A stretch of 43,605 nt of DNA from an uncultured Thermoplasmata archaeon (GTDB lineage Archaea; Thermoplasmatota; Thermoplasmata; GCA-020350865): assembly GCA_965372465.1 (NCBI GenBank), contig CBDVCK010000001.1, forward strand, positions 1 to 43,605, written 5' to 3'. A program made the translations under genes and the position numbers. Positions 24,968 to 31,962 of the stretch are shown one piece after another. Position 1 is the stretch's first letter. Every line of letters begins with the position of its first letter. The notes below the pieces were generated by a model, which worked only from the letters and a program-made list of their open reading frames with translations, did not search any database and had not been told where the DNA came from.

Positions 24968-27900
24968 TTAGGTACCCGCACTATAACCACAGTGAGGGCA
25001 TTGGATCGAAGTTGCAGATAATGGACTTTCAAATGAATTTTGGCACTGCGGGCATTTGAGAGTTTGCATTTCAATTGGAACTGCGGTTTCCGTGGTTTCT
25101 GTCACTTCTAAAGAAGCAACTTGTGCACCACTCTTTTTTCCTCCCCTACTCCCTACTGCTGCTAAAATGACGATAACCAATACAACAATTACAATCAATA
25201 CAATATATAAAATCCAATCTGTGGTCTCCTCTTCTCCTGCATCTCCTGATTTGGCCGGGTCCAGAGGGTATTTATCATCAATATCAAGGACTCCATCATC
25301 GTCGTCGTCTTCATCTACTTCAAGACCTGTGGTTGAATCATTTTCATCATATCCTACATTCCAATCATCAGGCTTGCCGTCGTCATCAGTATCTATACTT
25401 GCTGCAGGATCCAAAGGAAAATCATCTTCATCATCGTCGAATCCATCATCATCATCGTCATCATCCGCATTGTCACCGGTTCCATCCTCGTCAGTATCCC
25501 TCCATTCATCGGGATCTTCCGAAAAGGCATCAATATCATCCAAGTACCCGTCATTATCATCATCCGTATCTTCGGAATCAGGTATACCATCTCCATCCGA
25601 ATCAGAAAACACTTCCAGCGTGAAATCCGTTAAATCACTCCCGCCATTACCATCGGAAACCGATACCTCAACCCAGTAAGAGCCTATACCATTGCTGCCA
25701 GGCGTTCCCGAAAGAATACCTGAGGAGCTTTCAATGCTCAACCAGCTCGCATTTGTTTCCAAGTCCCAGCTCAGAATGTCATCTAAATCATTATCTGTGG
25801 CTTCATAATCAACACTGTATAAAACATTCTCATATGCCGAATCGATATCGTCGGTAACAATTACGGGGGCATTATTTTGACTCAAGACTATAATAGTGAA
25901 ATCTGTGAAGTCACTTCCACCATTTCCATCCGAAACCGAGACATTGACCCGGTAAGTGCCCACATCGAATTCATCAGGAGTTCCCGAAAGAACACCTGTG
26001 GAGCTATGGATACCCAACCAGCTTGCATTTGTATCCACATCCCAGCTCAATATATCCTGATCATCATCTGATGCTTCATAATCGATATTGTATAGCTCAT
26101 CCTCATTTGCAGTATTTACATTGCTGATTGTGATTATAGGAGCGTCATTTGTGTTTACAACAGTTAGCGTGAAGTTGGAAAAGTCAATTCCATTATTACC
26201 ATCCGAAACTGACACATTGACAGTCCAGGTTCCTACATCGCTGTTATTAGGAGTACCTGAGAGGTTACCTGAAACTGAATCGATAGAAAACCATGCATCT
26301 GCATCTGTCCATAAGCTCCATGTTAATGGATCTCCGTCAAGATCATCTGCATCATAATCGGTAGAATATTGTGAGTCCTCATAGGCTGTGGTGTTATCGG
26401 GTGTTGTGATGGTTGGTATATTGTTCGGGAGGCTTAGATTGTATATATATGCTGAGCCCTGCTCATCTTCACCACTGATATTATCCCGGTTAGCCCCTAT
26501 TATAAAAGTATCATAACTGATAGAAACAGAAAATCCAAAATAGTCCCCCGCCTCACCATCCGAGGCTGTTATCATATCAACCATACCCCAGTTGTTATTA
26601 CCACCCTGGTTACGGTAATAAATATACACCGAACCTTGATCTACATTTACATCGATATCATCCACACATGCACCAATAATTATCGTATCACGATTAATTG
26701 AAACGGAATTTCCAAAATAGTCCCCAAATTCACCATCTATTGGCGAGAGCTTGGCAACTACTCCCCAGTTATCTATACCCCCTTCATCACGTTCGAAAAT
26801 ATATGCAGAACCTATAAAATTATCTTGTTCCGATCCTACTATAAGTGTATCTTTACTAACCGAAACGGAATTTCCAAAATTATCAAGCTCTCCTCCATCA
26901 GATGCTGTAACCTTAATAACTAGACCCCAATTGTCTGATCCTCCTTGATTACGTTCAAAGATACATACAGAACCCTGATTTGTATTTATTCCGATATCAT
27001 CACAGTAAACTCCAACGGCAAGCGTATCATTACTTATGGAAACGGAATTACCCAATTGATCATTCCCTAAACCGTCCAAAATGGTTAGCTTTGTAACCTC
27101 GCCCCAATTATCTGGACCTCCTTGGTTGCGTTCATAGATATACGCAGAACCTTGATCGACCTGTCCACCGATATCATCACGAGGTGAACCAACCACTAAT
27201 GTATCACCATCAATGGAAACAGCGCTTCCGAAATAATCCTCGTTCAATCCGTCTGAAGCTAAAACTTTTACAATCTCACCCCAATTATTTGGTCCCCCTT
27301 GGTTGCGTTCAAAGATATACACTGCTCCTTGAGAATATGTCACTCCACTATCCTCATAAGATGCTCCAACAGCTATCGTATCCCCTGAAAAATAAACTGC
27401 CTCACCAAAGTGGTCTCCCGCTTCACCATCCGAGCTTGTTAGCTTAACAACCATCCCCCAATTGTCAAGACCTCCTTGATTGCGTTCGAAGATATAAGCT
27501 GAACCTTGATTATTGTTTGCACCAACATCATCAAAGCGCGCTCCAACGACAACAGTATCACCATTAATGGAAACAGACTGGCCGAAGTTGTCACCAGCAG
27601 CGCCGTCAGAGGCAGTGAGCTTTGCAATCTCAGTTGCTAAAAGAGGGTCTATTGTGAGGGGGTATACAGCATTAGTATCATTTACTGAGATTGTGATGCT
27701 ATCCGAAAATATACAAAGCGCGGACGGGATAATGTGCCCATATGCATCTGTAACTATTAACTTTCCATAATTAAGAACAATCCTTCCAGAATCATCCAGA
27801 AATGCAATGTTTTCCCCCTCGTTAATGGTCTTTGATGTGAGAGTGGTTTGAAGGTTCATCTCGAATAAAAGATTCCCGGTTGTTATGGGTTGCGGCGGTG

Positions 27901-28426
27901 CGTTTATCGTGAACCCGTGCTCAAGTCCTTTTTCGTCATTGACGTACCAGCCAGTCAGATCTTTATTGTACACAAATTCAATACTGTTTTCATTCACTAC
28001 AACTTCAGGATCATCATTTATGGGAACTATGTTTCCTCTGTAACCATAACCTGCAGGAGTAAGAAGCCAGGACCAGTCCTTTCCCGAACTCGGATTGACC
28101 AAAACCGCTCCATCATCATATGTAATTCCCCATTGATGCCGAGGATTCGAGGCCATATATCCTTGGGCAGTCTGACTCCAGGTGGGATAGTACCTAGATT
28201 CCTGTAGTCGAACCTGTATATCGTCCCATTCAATAGCGGAAAGACCTTCTGGAATCTCTGATATCGTATGTTCTTCATATTCGCTTAGGGCCTCACTTTC
28301 CGGGTCAATTTCTAGATTTGAACCTACATGGGATACCTCTAAAAGAACAATCGAAAAACAACCTATTATCATTGTCACTGATGTCACTAAAGCCATTAGC
28401 TTCGCATTACTCACCCTATTCCACAT
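24968..28426 (-). CDS. Integrin-alpha-like surface protein: seven FG-GAP repeats, three cadherin-like (He_PIG-type) modules, an Asp-rich calcium-binding repeat region, a TM helix and a cytoplasmic zinc-ribbon tail
   Basis: Seven units of the form (L/V/I)T(A/S)SDG..GD.FG.SVSI..DT..VG...D......QGSAYIFERNQGG..NWG lie at about 26440-27630. Three NxNDAP/NNAP-led modules lie at about 25620-26420. DxDxDG-type Asp runs (DSDGDGIPDSEDTDDDNDGY, DTDEDGTGDNADDDDDDDG, DTDDDGKPDD) lie at about 25255-25610. The TM helix is WILYIVLIVIVVLVIVILAAVG. The terminal motif is CPQC-x14-CPHC. I prefer the start at ATG 28426 (MWNRVSNAKLMALVTSV) with GGGGGA upstream, because the TATA-like element at about 28461-28480 is too close to ATG 28456. 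Confidence 0.85.
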   Translation of the reverse strand: MWNRVSNAKLMALVTSVTMIIGCFSIVLLEVSHVGSNLEIDPESEALSEYEEHTISEIPEGLSAIEWDDIQVRLQESRYYPTWSQTAQGYMASNPRHQWGITYDDGAVLVNPSSGKDWSWLLTPAGYGYRGNIVPINDDPEVVVNENSIEFVYNKDLTGWYVNDEKGLEHGFTINAPPQPITTGNLLFEMNLQTTLTSKTINEGENIAFLDDSGRIVLNYGKLIVTDAYGHIIPSALCIFSDSITISVNDTNAVYPLTIDPLLATEIAKLTASDGAAGDNFGQSVSINGDTVVVGARFDDVGANNNQGSAYIFERNQGGLDNWGMVVKLTSSDGEAGDHFGEAVYFSGDTIAVGASYEDSGVTYSQGAVYIFERNQGGPNNWGEIVKVLASDGLNEDYFGSAVSIDGDTLVVGSPRDDIGGQVDQGSAYIYERNQGGPDNWGEVTKLTILDGLGNDQLGNSVSISNDTLAVGVYCDDIGINTNQGSVCIFERNQGGSDNWGLVIKVTASDGGELDNFGNSVSVSKDTLIVGSEQDNFIGSAYIFERDEGGIDNWGVVAKLSPIDGEFGDYFGNSVSINRDTIIIGACVDDIDVNVDQGSVYIYYRNQGGNNNWGMVDMITASDGEAGDYFGFSVSISYDTFIIGANRDNISGEDEQGSAYIYNLSLPNNIPTITTPDNTTAYEDSQYSTDYDADDLDGDPLTWSLWTDADAWFSIDSVSGNLSGTPNNSDVGTWTVNVSVSDGNNGIDFSNFTLTVVNTNDAPIITISNVNTANEDELYNIDYEASDDDQDILSWDVDTNASWLGIHSSTGVLSGTPDEFDVGTYRVNVSVSDGNGGSDFTDFTIIVLSQNNAPVIVTDDIDSAYENVLYSVDYEATDNDLDDILSWDLETNASWLSIESSSGILSGTPGSNGIGSYWVEVSVSDGNGGSDLTDFTLEVFSDSDGDGIPDSEDTDDDNDGYLDDIDAFSEDPDEWRDTDEDGTGDNADDDDDDDGFDDDEDDFPLDPAASIDTDDDGKPDDWNVGYDENDSTTGLEVDEDDDDDGVLDIDDKYPLDPAKSGDAGEEETTDWILYIVLIVIVVLVIVILAAVGSRGGKKSGAQVASLEVTETTETAVPIEMQTLKCPQCQNSFESPLSATSIQCPHCGYSAGT

Positions 28427-28554
28427 TTGAATTCCCCCATTGAACTGTAAAAGCATACATTATTTATATAATTAAGTATAAAAAAGGGCCTTATTCCGTA
28501 ATCAGTCAATGGGACAGGGAGTTTGAGTTTTGATATATTGTATTTAATGTTCCA

Positions 28555-28986
28555 CTAAAAATGAGATAATGTAGTATCAGCTCTACATTCATCCAATCCC
28601 AACTCACTAACATCCTGAATGTATGCAAAGCTCTGGGGAGCCTTAAACTCGTCATTATTCTTTTTAGGATCAATTGGCGGGTCGAATCGTTCCACTTCTT
28701 CTACTTCGAATCCATATCCCTTTGATCTATCCCCAAAGTACGAGAAAAACCTTTCTTCTTCTATTCCTCCTTGTGCTCCGCATTTCTCCCATATTTCTTC
28801 TGGAGTACCCTTAATAACATTTCGAATCCGGAATTTCCCCACAATCATCTTCTCAGGATAAGAAGAATAGATAAAAACCTGATGAACCTGTTTAAGAGGG
28901 ATCTGTTTTCTGAATTCAAATCGTTTAAATCCGATTAGAATCTTTTCGGCATATTCGGGTTTTATAGACAGGATTATGTCAACCAT
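28555..28986 (-). CDS. ASCH domain (PUA-like fold) protein
   Basis: MVDIILSIKPEYAEKILIGFKRFEFRKQ...VFIYSSYPEKMIVGKFRIRNVI matches the ASCH N-terminal strand/helix pattern known from archaeal stand-alone ASCH proteins. I place the start at ATG 28986 (143 aa). It overlaps the upstream stop within ATGGTTGA (an 8-nt overlap at 28979-28986), implying translational coupling. Confidence 0.75.
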   Translation of the reverse strand: MVDIILSIKPEYAEKILIGFKRFEFRKQIPLKQVHQVFIYSSYPEKMIVGKFRIRNVIKGTPEEIWEKCGAQGGIEEERFFSYFGDRSKGYGFEVEEVERFDPPIDPKKNNDEFKAPQSFAYIQDVSELGLDECRADTTLSHF

Positions 28987-30442
28987 CCTTTGACTCCCTC
29001 CGAATATTCTGATAGGATATATCATCAATTGTTACTATACTTTGTGGCGGGTGTTTGAATACATTCAGCTTTCTGAGTTTTTCACTAGGAACATAAGAAG
29101 GAAGTTGTCCAATGTATCTAAACAATATTGCCAGGGCACCTCTTTCATATAAAATTTGTAATTCATCTGGTGAATAAACAGATCTTGGTCCAATAAAGGC
29201 AATAAGCTCATCAAGTGAAGAGGGGTGCCTCATTGTTGATTCAACTACGCCGATTCCAGTGATACCCTGTTTTTTCTTCGAACGGTAGAATAAAAGTATG
29301 TCCCCTGCATTTATCTTTGTAATTTTTGAATTACAAATATATGCTTTTTTTATTGTATTTTGTTCGATTACCATTTCCTTATATTCATCCAGTAGAGTTT
29401 GACGCAATGGAACATCTGGAAACAACCTATCGTGATATTCCGGTCTTATTGGAATCATGAATTTGTTGACATGATCTCCATCGTAGAAATTGGGAAAAAA
29501 TTTTTTACAATAATCGAGAGGACGCATTTCACCCAAAGATGCGGGTGCCATGAAATCTTTAGCATAAATTAATTCCCCTTCTGGGCTTTCATCGATTTGT
29601 ATAAACCCGAAATCTTCCAATAATATCCTTAAATATTCTTTCTTGGGATAAGTAGTTAAATATGTTGTTGATAGATTATTTTTTACACAGTATTTAAAAG
29701 TCATCTTCAGCAGTAATTCTCCAACCTTCAAACCTCTGACATTTTCTGATACTTTGAACGTGCAAATTTTAAGCACTTTTTCTTTAGATTCTCTAAATAT
29801 TTGTTTATCTTTTTCAGTATAAATCAATAATGCTCTTAACTCTCCACCTTCCCCCCGCCAACTCCAACACATTCTCCCTTCCTTTCCTTTGCTTACAAAC
29901 CAATCATCAAATCCAGGGTAATTTTCTCTAAGACTATCGAAAAAATCCGATTTAAGATCCAAATTATGAATGGGAATATTTTCTAAGAGAATATGCCCTG
30001 GAATATATCTTTCGAACTGTCTCTTCAAATATAATAAAGCCTGGGATACTGAAAGCACCCTATCCCCTATACCTAATTTTCCAGCTTTTCTATGAATCCC
30101 AAAATCCTCGGTAATAAGGAAGTTGGCTGCATTTTTAAAGATAGAATATAATATCTTGTTATCCACTTCATCCTGGGGTCTTGATACCCCTCCCACAGCT
30201 TCAGTAAAGGACCCATCAGGCTTGGCAGTATCTTCAAGAACAGGGTATTTCTCAAATTTTGACCTATGTATTTTTTTCCTCATCATATCTGTATCTCTAC
30301 TTAAATCCTCAAGAGACGCTGGATGAACCATAATTGTAATATGATGTTTTATGGCTAATGATAGGAGTTCTGCAACTTCAGATTCGATTATTTTATTAGA
30401 TTCGCTTTGAATAAAAACGTTTGTATCAATGAGGACCCGCAA
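28979..30442 (-). CDS. PIN nuclease + GNAT-like acetyltransferase + C-terminal PUA-like (ASCH/EVE-type) fusion protein
   Basis: 487 aa. TTG start at 30442 with AAGGTGG 5 nt upstream. The N-terminus MRVLIDTNVFI plus FLITEDFGIHRKA are PIN-type acidic motifs. The middle has FDSLRENYPGFDDWF and VRGLKVGELLLKMTFKYC, which resemble GNAT motif A. The C-terminus has KFMIPIRPEYHDRLF and INAGDILLFYRSKKKQGITGIGVVES, which resemble the ASCH/EVE core and the start of the neighbouring ASCH protein (SIKPEYAEKI). Confidence 0.7.
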   Translation of the reverse strand: MRVLIDTNVFIQSESNKIIESEVAELLSLAIKHHITIMVHPASLEDLSRDTDMMRKKIHRSKFEKYPVLEDTAKPDGSFTEAVGGVSRPQDEVDNKILYSIFKNAANFLITEDFGIHRKAGKLGIGDRVLSVSQALLYLKRQFERYIPGHILLENIPIHNLDLKSDFFDSLRENYPGFDDWFVSKGKEGRMCWSWRGEGGELRALLIYTEKDKQIFRESKEKVLKICTFKVSENVRGLKVGELLLKMTFKYCVKNNLSTTYLTTYPKKEYLRILLEDFGFIQIDESPEGELIYAKDFMAPASLGEMRPLDYCKKFFPNFYDGDHVNKFMIPIRPEYHDRLFPDVPLRQTLLDEYKEMVIEQNTIKKAYICNSKITKINAGDILLFYRSKKKQGITGIGVVESTMRHPSSLDELIAFIGPRSVYSPDELQILYERGALAILFRYIGQLPSYVPSEKLRKLNVFKHPPQSIVTIDDISYQNIRRESKDG

Positions 30443-30483
30443 TTTACCACCTTACATTCATTAAATCCTTTATAACAACAGGT

Positions 30484-30500
30484 TATATATATTTTTACAT
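30484..30500. promoter_or_regulatory. AT-rich TATA-like element in the divergent PIN-fusion / Fic intergenic region
   Basis: tatatatatttttacat lies about 50 nt upstream of the minus-strand TTG start at 30442. A second element, cttaaataaaa (30697-30707), lies about 25 nt upstream of the Fic GTG at 30728. Confidence 0.35.
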
Positions 30501-30727
30501 ACTTAAATCTAAAAGAGAGGGGGGAATGAAAGTATACTATCTTGGAATAAATATTGAAAAGAATGTTTTTCGGAATAATGACTGGAATGATTCTTAGTAT
30601 ACATATGAACAACGTGAAGTGTCTTATTATATGTCTTTAGGGAAGGACATAACCGATGCAATCCGTATGGGCACAAATCAAGTCGTTTTTCCAAAGTCTT
30701 AAATAAAATTGTGCCCATACACCGATT

Positions 30728-31669
30728 GTGAGCTATCTAGAAGTAATCGAGAGAAATGGAAAAGAGTACTACTATGTGACCAAGAATTTCCGTGTCGGTC
30801 CCAATAAATGGAAAAAGGTAAGAAAATATCTTGGAAGGGAAAAGCCCGATAAAAAAACCTTGGAATCAACGATTAAAGCACTTGAATTGGAAGCAAAGAA
30901 TCGTGGGATGTTTATTAAATCAAAATTCGCATACTTGGACGAAACGGATGCTGAGAAACTCGAGGATGTCCATAATGCCTTCAGGAAGTGGTTCGGAAAA
31001 CTTCGAATAGAAGATAGAGAGTCATACCAATCCGATTTTCTCATTCGATTCACATACAATACAAATGCAATAGAAGGCAATCGTCTGAGCCTGCGGGAAA
31101 CAGCAATGATTTTTAACGAGGGTATAATCCCAGAAGGTGCATCTATCAATGATTTCAATGAGGCATTAAACTCCCGAGACGTGTTCGGATACATTAAAGA
31201 ATACAAGGGGGAGCTGAACAAGCGCTTCCTTCTCAAGCTTCATAAGGAGGTGGCCAAAAATACAAAATGCCGGATCATTGGAGCTTACCGTGATTCCGAG
31301 GTGAGGATAAGCGGTTCGGACTGGGTTCCGCCTCCTGCAGAAGAACTGCCGGATAGGATGAAGAAGTTCTTTCAATGGTATAACAACCATAAAAACAGGT
31401 TGCATCCAGTAGAGCTCGGAGCTTTAGCGCATGTAAAGCTGGTTCAAATTCATCCATTTACAGATGGAAATGGTCGTGTTGCACGGGTTGTGATGAACTG
31501 GATACTTCTTAAGAAAGGTTATCCCATGTTTTATATTGAGACCAAAAAGAAAATCCATTACTATAATGCTTTGGAAGCTGAGGACAAGGATGAATTAAGT
31601 GTGTATATCAAGTACATTGCGAACACAATTATTAAGCAATTTACCTTCACAAGCAAGGATAAAAAATAG
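30728..31669 (+). CDS. Fic family protein (AMPylase-type) with an intramolecular inhibitory motif
   Basis: The Fic active-site motif HPFTDGNGRVARVVMNW (31451-31501) fits HxFx(D/E)GNGRxxR. The upstream motif TNAIEGN (31061-31081) fits the (S/T)xxxE(G/N) inhibitory helix. GTG start; no in-frame ATG lies nearby. Confidence 0.88.
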   Translation: MSYLEVIERNGKEYYYVTKNFRVGPNKWKKVRKYLGREKPDKKTLESTIKALELEAKNRGMFIKSKFAYLDETDAEKLEDVHNAFRKWFGKLRIEDRESYQSDFLIRFTYNTNAIEGNRLSLRETAMIFNEGIIPEGASINDFNEALNSRDVFGYIKEYKGELNKRFLLKLHKEVAKNTKCRIIGAYRDSEVRISGSDWVPPPAEELPDRMKKFFQWYNNHKNRLHPVELGALAHVKLVQIHPFTDGNGRVARVVMNWILLKKGYPMFYIETKKKIHYYNALEAEDKDELSVYIKYIANTIIKQFTFTSKDKK

Positions 31670-31930
31670 TTGATAAGGATGGCGAGGCGAATATCTGGAG
31701 GAATAATCCCTATCTAGATACATAAAGTGTTCATATATTATATTCACATTCTGAAAAAAGGATAATCGGGTCTTCTCTCTATACATTTCCCTAAAATATA
31801 TAAACTAAATCCCAATCCGCAAAATCAACACCACAAATCCTCTATATAAAAGATTGAATCTTAAATATATAGATATCGGAAACATTCATTTTCAACCGAT
31901 ACCGATATTGAAATTAACACCTCATAGTTA

Positions 31931-31955
31931 GAGAAAAAATAAAAAAGGAAAAAGA
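31931..31955 (-). terminator. Oligo-T terminator candidate after the MscS-like gene
   Basis: On the minus strand, the sequence directly after the stop codon (31963-31965) reads cctctttttccttttttattttttctc. Runs of T are the usual archaeal termination signal. Confidence 0.4.
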
Positions 31956-31962
31956 GGAGAGC

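Noticed and set aside
25056-25679. A 207-aa Ser-rich ORF on the + strand (with companion ORFs 25333-25623 and 25393-25596)
   Set aside because: It lies antisense to the Asp-rich (GAT/GAC) calcium-binding repeat region of the FG-GAP gene. Poly-Ser, poly-His and similar runs are the expected mirror of poly-Asp codons. It has no start context or motifs.
30526-30597. A 23-codon ORF (MKVYYLGINIEKNVFRNNDWNDS) preceded by GAGAGGGGGG and a TATA-like element, in the PIN/Fic intergenic region
   Set aside because: It is too short and unconserved to call from sequence alone, and the G-run to ATG spacing is very short. It is worth re-examining only if transcriptome or ribosome-profiling data exist.
30772-31236. 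A 154-aa minus-strand ORF inside the Fic gene. I considered it as a possible hidden antitoxin.
   Set aside because: It has the Ser/Leu/Arg-rich composition typical of antisense translation, no RBS or TATA, and it fully overlaps the well-supported Fic CDS.
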